Part shown: positions 1 to 13,184 of the stretch, in pieces | Numbering within the stretch: position 1 is the first letter of the stretch | Layout of the letters: the number at the start of each line of letters is the position of its first letter | Notes under the pieces: generated by a model | Told to the model about the DNA's origin: nothing | Databases searched by the model: none | The model's input: the letters and a program-made list of their open reading frames with translations, nothing else | Assembly (NCBI GenBank): GCA_951406725.2 | Contig: OX597821.1 | Coordinates: forward strand, 65,410,001 to 65,474,000 | Length of the DNA stretch: 64,000 bases | Source of the DNA: Octopus vulgaris | Taxonomy: Eukaryota | Direction of reading: 5' to 3' | Position numbers and translations under genes: made by a program

Positions 1-371
1 CTTATATTTTTTTATACACAGACACACATTCGCATATCCAGCAACAGACAGAAATTGCTGGGAGGAATTCAGGTTCGCAACAAGGTCAAAGGAAAGAGAA
101 ACCATAATGCATTTTGTACTTATTTTTTCCTTCAAGAACTCTCTTTTTTAATATATATATATATATCCTTCTTTGTTTTATTTTGTTTATTTTAATTCTA
201 TTTTTACTTATCTATTTTTCGTATTTCTTGCTTTCTTTATTTTTACAGATATTTTCTGCTTCTTCTTCTTTCTGTATTATTTCCCGCTGCCCCCCCCCCC
301 CATTTTTTCTTTCATTCTGGTCTATGTAAGAGAATGGTTTCCTAGAAGGAATAAAAAAAAAAGTCGGTAAC

Positions 372-834
<463 letters not shown>

Positions 835-1217
835 TACGTCTGCAAAAACAATAAAAATAATAATAAGAATGATAATAGGCAGAGCAGCATAGCGACCGGG
901 TGATGCTGGTGGCGAGATTCAGAAACGGTTCTGTAGTTTATTGGCACAATTGGAAACAGATGTGTTTGTTTCCAATGACTGTAGCGTCTGCTTTGTTATA
1001 TCGAACCGTTCTGCACCGGATGACTGCAGTTTTTTGTTGAAGTCGGGACGGGGTGTTGCTTCGAGGAGGGGAGGGAAGAACTGAATACGTATGCATGTGT
1101 ATATGTGTGTGTGTGTGTGTATCATACTATGTACATATATATTTATCATATTATACACACACACACACACACACACCCATATACGTTTGTGTATGTGTAT
1201 ATGTATACATATATATT

Positions 1218-1304
<87 letters not shown>

Positions 1305-1446
1305 GAGAATATATTCAAAATTTGGGTATACACCTATGTGTACGTGTATGTGTATGTGTGTATATGTATATGTATGTATATATTTGTATCTATATACGCA
1401 TAGTCACAAAAATTCAAGCATGCATAAACACAAAAATATATATGCG

Positions 1447-1504
<58 letters not shown>

Positions 1505-1770
1505 TAGATCTGTTTATCCTGTTATGTACGCGCGCACGCACACGAAACGCACAATACACTCAGACCCATATATACATACCCGCACACGTATTTTATGAAT
1601 GGTGGAGTGATGACTGCGTAGTTCTGCTGCGTGTTGATGTGGGGAAAACTGGAATACAGGTTGATGGAGGAACGGGGAGAGAGAGAGGGGTGGGAGAGGG
1701 CGAGAGAGAGGTAGAAAGAGGAGGTTAAGGAAAAGAAAAGAATGAATTGATGGTGACGGTGACGACGATT

Positions 1771-1836
<66 letters not shown>

Positions 1837-2042
1837 GTGATGATGGTGATGGTGGTGGTGGTGGTGGTGGTGGATGTGGTGGTGGTGGTGGTGGTGGTGA
1901 GACAGAACGGAGGGAAGACATTCATCTGTAAGAAAGAAGTGTGATGGATTGAGAAAGAATTGCTAATGTGAAATATAAGGAAATTGAAGCAACAGTGTAG
2001 ACAGACCAGGGAACAGATAAATAGCTAGCTAGATTGATAGAC

Positions 2043-2075
<33 letters not shown>

Positions 2076-2095
2076 AGAGAGAGAGAGAGAGAGAG

Positions 2096-2211
<116 letters not shown>

Positions 2212-2247
2212 AGTGAGTGAAAGAGACAGAGAATGACACGCAATTAG

Positions 2248-2318
<71 letters not shown>

Positions 2319-2408
2319 ATACGCAATTAGACAATATATATATATATATATACATATATATATACATGTATATATATATATATACATGTATATATGTATG
2401 TATGTATG

Positions 2409-2457
<49 letters not shown>

Positions 2458-2948
2458 TTCTATATGCATATAAAATATGAATATCTATTTATATGTGTAT
2501 ATATAGAGGTGTGCTCGTGTGTGTGCGCGCTTGTGTGTGTGAAAAGAGAGAGAAATAAAGAGAAAAATGAGAAAAAATAAATCTACTAATCAGATAAAGG
2601 AATGAAGGTAAGTAAGAAAGAAGGAAGGAAAAAAGGAAGAGAGATGCAAGAGAGCTCGTTATTCAATGTGTCTCATTATAAGAGGGTAGCTAAAGAGAGG
2701 TATGAAGGTGCTTGTTTAGCTGCTTGTTTATGCTGGTCGAGTGACCGTTGGAGGCTCCCTCATTTGCATTGTGATATAGAGTTATTTTTTTTGTTGTTCT
2801 ACCGTCTGCTGTTGTTGATGTGATTAACCGCAAGTCGGCTCTGATCAGCCAAACCTGTGTTCAAGCGGGTTCCATTAAGTACTTTCCTGTGTTTTGAGAT
2901 TTATATTCGAGAGAATAAAATAATAATTTACTCCTTGCTTTTCAAAGA

Positions 2949-3356
2949 CGCAGGCGTGGCTGGGTGGTAACAAGTTTGTTTCCCAACCACATGGTTCCGG
3001 ATATAGTCCCACTGCATGGTACCTTGGGCAAGTGTCTACTACTATATATAGCCTCAGGCCAACCAAAGCTTTGTGAGTGGATTTGGCAGAAGGAAACTGA
3101 AAGAAACCCGTCACATATATATGTATGTGTGTGTATGTGTGTATGATTGTCTCCACCAGCGCTTGACAATTGGTGTTAGTGTGTTTACATCACCGTAACT
3201 TAGTGGTTCGTCAATAGAGACTGATAGAATAAGTACCAGTCTTTATAAAAAAAATTCGCACCGATGCCCATTCAATTGATTAAAATTCTTCAAAGCAGTG
3301 CCCCAGCATGGCCGCAACCTAGCGACTTGAACAACTATTTTTCTTAAAGGATAAAG
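2949..3356 (+). mobile_element. tRNA-derived SINE, family B (bipartite, with internal microsatellite)
   Basis: tRNA-like head (gcaggcgtggctgggtggtaa...ggttccggat), conserved body tgtgagtggatttggcagaaggaaactgaaagaa, internal (TA/TG)n, and tail ccccagcatggccgca; more than 10 copies in the window. Confidence 0.85.
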
Positions 3357-3433
3357 GCCGTAGGGTGTTCCTTGGAGGATATTTGTTGCTATTTCCGCAG
3401 AATCTACATACAAGGACATATAGCAGTATGATA

Positions 3434-3488
<55 letters not shown>

Positions 3489-3502
3489 GTTGTTATTATT
3501 AT

Positions 3503-4150
3503 TCTATTGTCTTTGTACAGCTTCTAACGCTGGAGATGTACTATGGTGTCAGCTGTTCACAACCAGAGAACTAAAGTAACACTCATTTTTCGAGTACCAC
3601 CCTGAGTATTCGAGCGGTTCCAAGCAGTGCTGTTTTCTGCAAGTGCTCCACCCTTATTGCAGACCCTATTTGTTCCATGTACTTCTTAAGATTTTTACGC
3701 ACTGTTCCCAGCGCTCTAACAATTACTGGTACCACTACCACCTTTTCATCGACAACAACTGCTTAACTTCCCAAGCTAACCTGTCATATCTATCGACTTT
3801 TCTTTCTTCCTTATCGCATACTTTGTTGTCAGCTGGGCATGCTATATCAATAATCCAGCATCGTTTGTTTTCTTTCTCAATTAACACTATGTCTGGTTTC
3901 CTATTCTCTATCTCATGGCCGCACTGAATCATAAAATCCAATTGGATCTTTGCATTATCATTGTAGATGATGGCTTAGGGATTATGTTTGTACCACCTTT
4001 TTGCTCTGTCAAGTCCATACTTGTTGCAAAGTGTCAAATGGACAATCCTTGTTACATTGCTATGACGTGTGTTATAGTCTTTGTGGGCTAGTGGCGTATA
4101 TTGACCGGTAATATACCATACTGTTTCACCATTTTGTCCACAAATTCTGC
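3503..4150 (-). mobile_element. 3' fragment of an R4/Dong-like non-LTR retrotransposon (restriction-like endonuclease domain)
   Basis: Translation DFMIQCGHEIENRKPDIVLIEKENKRCWIIDIACPAD...KVDRYDRLAWEV...LQKTALLGTARILR matches the RKPD-x-IID RLE motif; the 3' end abuts (TAA)n. Confidence 0.85.
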
Positions 4151-4244
4151 ACTTATTACTTTCTGATGTGTCGTCATCATCATCATCATCATCATCATCA
4201 TTATCATCAGTATCAGCATCATTATCACCACCACCACCACCACC

Positions 4245-4291
<47 letters not shown>

Positions 4292-4299
4292 TCAGTAGT

Positions 4300-4612
4300 T
4301 TTATTTATGTAGCGTGCTTTCACTTCACTATCGAGCGCAGCTCTGAGCGCCTTGGGTATGTGCTGTGGTTTGTTGTGATGTTCTTTTTGTTACTGTATTG
4401 AAAGTGTTTTTCGTTGGATATGTGCAGTGCCCAGTAGTACAATTTTCTGTATGCTATATATATTTGTAAGTCCTGGTAAATTTGTTATGTATTTGTCTGA
4501 ATATTTTTTATCATACCTAATGCGCCTACTGTGATAAGAATTGCTTCTGTTTTTAGATTCCACATTCGATTTACCTTTATTTCCAGGTCTCTGTATTTTG
4601 AAAGTTTCTCCA
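4300..4612 (-). mobile_element. R4/Dong-like LINE extreme 3' fragment
   Basis: ORF 4390-4728 ends IQKIVLLGTAHIQRKTLSIQ, a typical RLE-clade C-terminus. Confidence 0.7.
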
Positions 4613-4619
4613 TAGGAGA

Positions 4620-4810
4620 GTGTTACAAGTCGTTTACAACGCTCATCGCATAAGTGAATGGGTGTTACAACATGAGGTAGCGAGACGACAAATCCTGAAT
4701 ATTGTGAAAAGAGAAAAAAGGCCCACACAGCTCATCTCTGATGGCTACATTCTAAGAAACAGATATCTGGGAAACGTTATCATGGAAGGAAGTGTAAAGG
4801 GTGGTGTGGT
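4620..4810 (+). mobile_element. Degenerate RTE-clade LINE fragment
   Basis: EWVLQ...RQILNIVKREK...GYILR...LGNVIMEGSVKG resembles the RTE C-terminal region. Confidence 0.5.
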
Positions 4811-4830
4811 AGATCAAGAGGCAGGAAAAG

Positions 4831-5050
4831 AAGGCGGCGAGCTGGCAGAAACGTTAGCGCGCCGGGCTAAATGCTTAGCGGTACTTTCAACCGTCGCTAC
4901 GTTCTGAGTTCAAATTCTGCCGAGGTCGACTTTGCCTTTCATCTTTTCGGGGTCGATAAATTAAATACCAGTTGAGTATTGGGCTCGATGTGATCGACTG
5001 TCCCCTCCCCACAAAACACAGGCCTTGTGCCTATAGTAGAACGGATTATT
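4831..5050 (+). mobile_element. tRNA-derived SINE, family C (Meta/MESC-like central domain)
   Basis: Head aaggcggcgagctggcagaaacgttag, B-box gagttcaaattc, domain gcctttcatcttttcggggtcgataaa; many copies. Confidence 0.85.
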
Positions 5051-5798
5051 GTGGTGTTAAACATCCTAATATTTGTTATAGTTTTAAGTGATGATTATAA
5101 AATAGTATTGGAGTGTTATAACTGTGAGAGAGAGAGAGACAGAGAGAGAGGAAGATTCTTGAGAATACCACGGACGGAATGAAGCAAAAAAAAAAAGAAA
5201 AAAAAGAAAACGATCAATATGGAAGCAAATGAAACCGGATCTTTCTTAGGAAAATTTCGATGTCAAACAAAGATTAAATATCTTTGGACGAGATATGATG
5301 ACGGATGGCATGAAAAGAAGATTATGTTATGAAAAAAACTGCAAGTTGAAGAGGGCGATCACGGTTGAGGTGGAGAGACGGGGTTATTGAGGTGAGTGGG
5401 ATGATGTAGTTGAATTGGTTCCAGATGTGTTTTGTTGAATAAGTACAAGTTGAGAAGATCTAGAGCCATGCGGTCGTCAGATGTGGAAGATGCTGTGAAG
5501 ACGTGCAGACAGTGATAAATCGTGAAAATTACATTAACGTACGATTTCAATGAATGAAAGGAAAAAAAAAATCAAACTATGTTACCCGTATATGCACAAG
5601 TATGGCTATGGGGTTAAGAAGCTCGCTTTATAACCACCTGGATTTGAGTTCAGTCCAAATGCGTGGCACTCTAGGCAAGTGTCTTATACTGTAGCTCTGG
5701 ACTGATCAACGTCTTGTGAATTAATTTGATAGACAGAAACTATGCGGAACACCACCACCGCCGCCGCTGCCGCCGCCGCCGCCACCACCACCACCACC

Positions 5799-5832
<34 letters not shown>

Positions 5833-5924
5833 TCACCATCACCATCGCATACATTCTTTTCTTTTCCTTAACCTCTCTCTCTCTCTCCGTTCCTCCTTCT
5901 ACCTGTATTCCATATATATATATA

Positions 5925-5957
<33 letters not shown>

Positions 5958-6017
5958 ATGTATGTATGTATGTATGTATGTATGTATGTATGTGTGAGTG
6001 TGTGTATGTATGTATGT

Positions 6018-6520
6018 AATTATTCAGTTTTATTTCAAGATTTCTTCCCAGTAGAGAAAGAACCGGTTTCTAACCTAGATCCAAGGCTCCTTCATTGGAA
6101 TTTCAATGGTATTTTTGTTTGTATGTATGCATGTATGTATATATGTATATATGTGTAGATTTATATGTTTTATATATGTATTCTCATGTAATTGATTATC
6201 TAGAGATGTTCATATATATTTAAATGACAAACTTCTGGAAAGTTTTACACATTTTTATAGTTCCAGTGATGGATTGGATCTGAATTCTTTGAATTAGCTT
6301 TCTCATTTCTAGTTTTGAGAAGCCCAATTTCTCAAGATTGCTATTTAGGCAGTGTCTTATATATCCCAGTGCCCCAATAATTACAGGTATAAACCTCAAC
6401 TTGTAATCTGGATAAGTAACTGTATCTCAATAGTTCAGCGTAGATGTTCTCTTTTTCACTGATCTTCAGCTTTATTTTAACACCCGCTCGGCAGCTAATT
6501 CCACCAATATTCCTTGAGTT
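6018..6520 (-). mobile_element. R4-like RLE LINE 3' end, family associated with (TACA)n
   Basis: ISCRAGVKIKLKISEKENIYAELLR... coding remnant plus conserved tail ttgaaattccaatgaaggagccttggatctag; homologous to 18455-19015 and 21425-22110. Confidence 0.75.
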
Positions 6521-6738
6521 AGTTTTTATGAAACCTCCTTCTCCTCCTCCGCGCCTTCTCCTCCCCTTCTCCTCCCCTTCTCCTCCGCTCCTCCTCTTCC
6601 TCCTCCTCCTCCTCCTCCTCATCATCATCATCATCATCGCTGCTACCACCAGCAGTAGCAAGAGTACCGTCATCGCCATCACCATCATCATCATCATCTT
6701 CATCATCGTCATCTCGACGACAGCAGTAGCAATGGTGT

Positions 6739-6773
<35 letters not shown>

Positions 6774-7239
6774 CAAGTGGACTGAATCCGTCACCCGATT
6801 CAACAGAACCACTCGATCCTTAAGGACTCCTTGCAGATTTCTTTCTCTTTGCAAGCATTCAGATCAGATTCTCAGGTTGAGGATAAATTCCCCGTTTTTT
6901 TCTTTTCTTTTCATCTTACAAGTCTCAGATAGCCTGGAAATATATAAAATGCCATGGATGCTGCTCTTCTCTTCCTTTTTAAACGATAAAATAGAAACCG
7001 AGCGATTCCCACGGGGTTGTCCCTTGTACGGATTCATCCTATAAATCGACCCGAGGCCTGGGCAGCAGAGATGAGTGATTCGTTGATTTTTTACTTGGCT
7101 CCTCCTTGAATCCCCGCCCCACAAAAATCACAGCTTTCTTGAATTTTGAAAATCCTTAAACATGGCGTCAGTGCCAGGGGACACTCTCGTTCTGCTTTTC
7201 CTAATTTCTCTGGGGGTGCTTCACGTTGTTGTTATTTGT

Positions 7240-8038
7240 TTCAAACTTTGACACCAGGCCAGCAGTTTGCAGGGAAAGGAGTAAATCGATTACATCCACC
7301 CCCAGTGTTCAGCTGGTACTTATTTTATCGACCCCCTCAAGGGACGAGAGCCTAAATCGTTCCCTGCGAAATTTGAACTCAAGACGTAAAGACCGACGAA
7401 ATGTCGCTAAGTATTTTGTCCAGTGTGCTAACGATTCTTATTTCTTTATTGCCACAAGGGGCTAAACATAGAGGGGACAAATAAGGACAGACAAAGGGAT
7501 TAAGTCGATTACATCGACCCCAGTGCTCAACTGGTTCTTAATTTATCGACCCCGAAAGGATGAAAGACAAAGTCGACCTCGACGGAATTTGAACTCAGAA
7601 CGTAGCGGCAGATGAAATACCTATTTCTTTATTACCCACAAGGAGCTAAACATAGAGGGGACAAACAAGGACAGACAAAGGGATTAAGTCGATTACATCG
7701 ACCCCAGTGCTCAACTGGTACTTAATTTATCGACCCCAAAAGGATGAAAGACAAAGTCGACCTCGGCGGAATTTGAACTCAGAACGTAGCGGCAGATGAA
7801 ATACCTATTTATTTACTAACCACAAGGAGCTAAACACGGAGGAGACAGACAAGGACAGACAAACGGATTAAGTCGATTACATCGACCCCAGTGCGTAACT
7901 GGTACTTAATTTATCGACCCCGAAAGGATGAAAGACAAAGTCGACCTCGGCGGAATTTGAACTCAGAACGTAGCGGCAGACGAAATATTGCTAGGCATTT
8001 CGCCCGGCGAGCTAACGTTTCTGCCAGCTCGCCGCCTT
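7240..8038 (-). mobile_element. SINE family C: one head followed by three tandem ~183-bp body units, plus an older adjacent copy
   Basis: Units start at about 7440, 7623 and 7806; a single head at 7985-8038. Confidence 0.85.
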
Positions 8039-10238
8039 AATAATAATAATTATCGCTGTTGGTAGTAACCGTGGAAATATTCCCGATGATACTGGTAGTG
8101 ATGGTGGTGATGATAGTGGTAGAGATAGCGGCAGTGATGCTGGCAATAACAGCGAGTGTAGTGACGAGAGGCACGATGCTGGATATGGAAACAGACGAGC
8201 CAACCCGCCTCTCTCCACGAATCAAGGTGTGCCAATTCGACTCTGTGACAGATTAGTCTGCTAATATCTCATAGCAGCCATCATTGATGTTTGGCTTGTG
8301 TATCGTCTCTCCAATAACAGATAGTTACATTTAGTGACTTCCGGTACAGACTGTGCGCTGGTGTGGACTAAACAGAGGTGGTGGTGGTGGTGGTGAGACT
8401 GGCATCTTGGGTTTTGAGAGTAGTAGGGGCAGGGGTAGGGGGTACGAGAAGAGTGGTGTGAAGTGGTGGCGGTGGGGACTTGTGCTTGGTGGGTGGAAGG
8501 GTTGCGAACAGGAGTTGTGACGGGTGCCAAGTGGTGTGTTGCAGGTGAGAATGTGAAACAGAGTGGGTTGGAGAGGCGGTGATATCAGAGTGACGGGTGG
8601 ATGGTGAGGGGTGGGCTGCAAAGGAGCTAGGTGTGGGGATGAGGCAGGATGCGTGAGTAGAGGGAGGAACGAAAGAGGGGGAAGGGGTGACGTGGGTGGG
8701 GTTGATGTGAAGGTGTCGGATTGGTGAGATGCAAGAACGGTAGTAGAGAATCGTAGACTAATGTTTAATACTGTGAAATGATGCGTCTGGTGCGGGTACA
8801 GGGTGATTTGGTGAAGCGAGAGTGTAAAACTGGCGGGGTGTTGAAATGGTGAGGTTTGGCAGCGGGTATAGAGGAATACATTAAGACGTGGTGGTGGTGG
8901 TGCTGGTGGTTATTGAGATGGCGGTGGTTGGTGGTTGAGATGATGGTGGTGGTGTTTGTGGTTGAGATAGTGGTGATGGTGTTTGTGGTTGAGATGGTGG
9001 TGGTGATGGTAGTTGAGATGGTGGTGGTGGTGGTGGTGTTTGTGGTGGTTGAGATGATGGTGGTGGTGATGTTGGTTGTTGAGATGATGGTGGTGGTGAT
9101 GTTGGTGATGGTAGTTGAGATCGTGGTAGTGGTGGTGGTTGAGATGGTGGTGGTTGTGGTTGAGATGGTGGTGGTGGCAGTAGTGGTGCTGGTGTTTCGG
9201 TTGTTATTGTTGTTGTTCTTATTGATGTTGTTGGTGTTGCAGCTGGTGTTGTTTCTGTTGCTGCTATTGGTGGGACGGTGATGGTTTTGTTGTTGGTGGT
9301 GGTGGTATAAACTGAAGTTAGTGAACCGACAAGGTTTCGGGAAGTGGTGGCCATTCGGAACAGCCTAGAGGGATGTTGGGAGTAGAACGTTGATGATCAG
9401 ACAGAGACAACAATACCATCGTTGGACAATTAGCTATCATCATCATCATCGCCATCTTCATCGCTATAACCTGATTATCACTAATATTCACATTGCCATT
9501 GTCGTCGCCGTCTCCCCCTCCTCCTTCTCCTCCTCCCACCCCTCCCCCTCATCTTCATCGTTATAACATGATTATCACGAACATTCCCATCGCCGATGTC
9601 GTCATCTTCCTCCTCCTCCTCCGCCTCCTCCTCCGCCTCCTCCTCCGCCTCCTCCTCCGCCTCCTCCTCCTCCTCCTCCTCCTCCTCCACTTCCACTTCC
9701 ACCCTCCTCCTCCCCCTCCTCCTCATCATCTTCAAGACAGTGGCAGCAGTGGGGTTGATGAAGATGTAGGTATTATAATTATTAGGAATAACAAGTACCT
9801 GTTGAAAATTGGAGTCGATGTAATTGACTTAATCCCTTCCACCGAAATTGGCGACCTTGCGCCAAAATCATTTTTATTATTCATTTACACACAGCAGATG
9901 AAACTGTTAGAAAAGAAAAAAATTCTTAAAATAAGGTTACAACAAGTAACCTTAGATGCCAAGAACCCCACTAAGTGTCCCAGCTGTTTTCTGCAGCTGT
10001 ACTGGACTGGGTTTTATGTCTATTTCCTCTATCCATCTGTTCAAATCTTTAAGGATAGTTCCCAATGCACCTATACTACTGGGATACATTTACCTGCACT
10101 TCCCATAGTCTCTATTATTCAATGGCTAGTTCCTGGTATTTGCTATTTTTTCTATACTTCTCATATCGATTATCTCGCACTTTCTATTATTTTTATCTAC
10201 TACTACTAAATCAAGCCTTCTAGTTTTTACATATATAT

Positions 10239-10444
10239 ATGGAGAAGGACGTTATGCTCGGAATGGTCAGTGGCAAGAGAGGAAGAGGCCGACCAAGAAC
10301 CCGCTGGCTTGACACCATCAAGAGTGATACCGGAATGGACATAGCCATTCTGAAAGAAGCGGCCCAGGATAGAACTGACTGGAGGACACTGATCCAACGA
10401 GTAACCGAGAGTCGACTTCGACTGAGCGGATAGATAGAGAGATA

Positions 10445-10445
<1 letters not shown>
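10239..10445 (+). mobile_element. RTE/BovB-type LINE 3' end
   Basis: EKDVMLGMVSGKRGRGRPRTRWLDTIK...AAQDRTDWR...[10 protein letters not shown] followed by a (GATA) tail. Confidence 0.9.
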
Positions 10446-10498
<53 letters not shown>

Positions 10499-10542
10499 TA
10501 TATATGTATATGTATATATATGTATATGGATATATGTATATG

Positions 10543-10584
<42 letters not shown>

Positions 10585-10599
10585 GAATACTATAAGGAT

Positions 10600-11850
10600 T
10601 TGGTTGAAGACCAACTGAAGGATACAACCTTCTATTGTGAAATACCCGCAAATATAGACCACCACATCATGAAAAAGATCAACAACCTGATTTCAACACA
10701 CCACAACTCACTTACGGATAATGAAAAAGACTACATCACCAATTTTGAACCAAAACCCAGCAACTTCTACGGCTTACCAAAAATACACAAATCAAAAAAC
10801 ATTCAACAGGCAGTAAAAGAACAAGAAAGTGAGTACATAAAATTATTACATCCAAAAGACCTAAAACTTAGACCTATTATAGCTGGTCCAGCATGCCCTA
10901 CACACCGTCTAAGCAATTTTATTGACATTGTTTTGAAACCACTATGTACTTACATACCAAGTTTCATCAGGGATGACATCGACTTCCTGTCCCATCTTCC
11001 CAAAACAACAGAAACAAATTCAGTTTTACTAAGTTTTGATGTGGTAAGCCTCTACACCAATATTCCACACGATTTAGGAATAAAGGCGATTAAATACTGG
11101 TTAGAAAAACATAGAGAAGTGATTCCCAGCAGATTCACAGTGCCATTTATATTAGACACAGTCAAACTTATTCTAGAAAATAACACATTCTTCTTCAATG
11201 GAAAGAATTACATCCAAATTAGAGGCACGGCGATGGGAACGAGGTTTGCTCCCGTTTACGCCAACTCTGTAATGGGATACTTAGAAGAACAACTCTACCA
11301 AGAGGTGGAGGTAAACTATGGCACTGGATTTAGAAAGTATATTGAAAAGGCATGGAAGAGATACCTAGACGACTGTTTCATAATCTGGACAGAATCTCTA
11401 AATACTCTGGAAGAGTTCAATATCCTCCTGAACAACCTACACCCATCTCTCAAATTTACAAAGGAGATGAGTAGTACCAAATTACCATTCCTGGATATAA
11501 TGGTAATTAAAAAAGACACCACCATCACCACAGATATATACTATAAACACACAGACACACATCAATACCTAAATTTTAAGTCGTGCCATCCACCACATAC
11601 AAAACGTAACATCCCATACTGCCTAGCCAGAAGAATTTGTACTATTGTAGAAGATGCAAATATCAGGAACAAACGCCTAATAGAACTAAGAGAATTTTTG
11701 CTCAAACAAAAATACCCATCTCTACTTATAGAAAATGGCATACAGCGGGCTATAAAAATACCTATACAACAACTTAGGACAACCCAAGGAAGAGGAAAAC
11801 AAGAACAAGTCATACCATTCATAGTGACACACAACCCATGTCACCTTTGA
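10600..11850 (+). CDS. Penelope-type reverse transcriptase (416 aa, N-terminally truncated, endonuclease lost)
   Basis: Motifs [78 protein letters not shown]. Confidence 0.92.
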   Translation: MVEDQLKDTTFYCEIPANIDHHIMKKINNLISTHHNSLTDNEKDYITNFEPKPSNFYGLPKIHKSKNIQQAVKEQESEYIKLLHPKDLKLRPIIAGPACPTHRLSNFIDIVLKPLCTYIPSFIRDDIDFLSHLPKTTETNSVLLSFDVVSLYTNIPHDLGIKAIKYWLEKHREVIPSRFTVPFILDTVKLILENNTFFFNGKNYIQIRGTAMGTRFAPVYANSVMGYLEEQLYQEVEVNYGTGFRKYIEKAWKRYLDDCFIIWTESLNTLEEFNILLNNLHPSLKFTKEMSSTKLPFLDIMVIKKDTTITTDIYYKHTDTHQYLNFKSCHPPHTKRNIPYCLARRICTIVEDANIRNKRLIELREFLLKQKYPSLLIENGIQRAIKIPIQQLRTTQGRGKQEQVIPFIVTHNPCHL

Positions 11851-11990
11851 GTAACCACCTAGCAACATGTGGTCGGAAAATATATATAATATTTCCCTTC
11901 TACAAATTACACAGCCCAAGTGAAATCGAGAGGAAAATCAGAGAAAAGAATTTTATTGATAAATTCGAACCCAAGCTAAATAAGCAATAA
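11847..11990 (+). pseudogene. Out-of-frame C-terminal remnant of the PLE GIY-YIG endonuclease
   Basis: Manual translation [47 protein letters not shown], with the RE..FI..F.P.LN ending typical of PLE endonucleases. Confidence 0.75.
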
Positions 11991-12305
11991 TAATAATACT
12001 TAGAGGTATTACTTCCACTGCTACGACCATGACCACTAACAACAACAACAATACTAAAGGTGATCAAGACGAAGATAGCAGGAAAATTATCTTATTTAGG
12101 GTTATAAGTTCTATTGCCACCACCATCACCACTAGCAACAATAATTAAGGTGCTGACAATGATGATGATGACAATTGAAATATAAAAATATAAAAATCTC
12201 TGACAAAGGATATTTACAACATTTCTAAAAATAACCTAACAATTGCTGCTTCGGCCAGGGTCAAGATACAGGACTCTTGACCTGTCCAACAAAGCGTGAT
12301 GCCTA

Positions 12306-12450
12306 AACCAATCAGCTCAACCAACCAATCAGCTTAAGTAATTGAGTGATACTACACACTGATTGGTCAGAATACAGTTTGCAAAACCTAGCACTCTGGA
12401 GCCTACCCAGCTGTATTTATAGCACAGAATCACTCATCTTGCTACAGTCA
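12306..12450 (+). promoter_or_regulatory. Putative Pol II promoter in the PLE pseudo-LTR
   Basis: CCAATCAG at 12308 and 12325, reverse CTGATTGG at about 12359, TATTTATA at 12414, and Inr-like ACAGTC about 30 nt downstream. Confidence 0.5.
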
Positions 12451-12484
12451 AAAATTGTGAAGCATGACTGTCAACACTACTACA

Positions 12485-12529
12485 TGAACCCGAAGATTGC
12501 AGAATTCAATGCATGAAAGTACTAGTTCA
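12485..12529 (+). ncRNA. Minimal type-I hammerhead ribozyme (U4C core variant)
   Basis: TGAAC-CCGAAGA-t.TGCA(gaattcaa)TGCA.t-GAAA-GTAC-TA-GTTCA: 5-bp stem I, 4-bp stem II, palindromic GTAC loop III. Confidence 0.75.
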
Positions 12530-12691
12530 ATCAGAATGAATATTTAACATTCTACTATTTCATTTTATTTTATTCAATTATAATATATTATCTTATAATA
12601 TATCATTATAAGATTGTAAATAAAACGTGAAAATCAGACAAGGTTGGAATTCTTTTTATTAATATATTCTTCTATACACAATCACACACCC

Positions 12692-12761
<70 letters not shown>

Positions 12762-13184
12762 GAAGGGCTTCCACACAGTTTCTGCCCGCCAAATTCACTC
12801 TCAAAGCATCGATCTGGCTGGGACTATAGTAGAAAACATTTTCCCGAAGTAGTGTGTTATGGGCCTGAAGCTGAAAACATATGGCTGTAAAGCGAACTTC
12901 TGAACTACGCAGCCACGCTTTTAACAAAGCTGTAATCGAAGGGAAAAATGACGATTCAAAAGAGATTATCTTTCTCCTACGCTTTTGTTCGATGTAATCG
13001 TATTCCATAACGTTGTCTAAAAAAAATATGTGTGGACGTTTCATTAAAAAAACAAAAAAGCACAGTTTTGCGCAAAGTCGTGAAGAGACATGATCAATAA
13101 CGAGGGAATTGTCCGAAAGACCTTCAAAATGTAAATAAATTAGTCGATATAATCGTATGCTACACCTTTGATGTATTTTTTGTT

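Larger units (their letters stand above)
10582..12692 (+). mobile_element. Penelope-like retroelement, 5'-truncated, inserted in (TA)n
   Basis: PLE RT ORF, GIY-YIG C-terminal remnant, 3' pseudo-LTR with hammerhead; both flanks are (TA)n. Confidence 0.92.

Noticed and set aside
7440-8038. CRISPR-like regular repeats
   Set aside because: Whole ~183-bp units repeat with no unique spacers; eukaryotic SINE sequence and no cas genes
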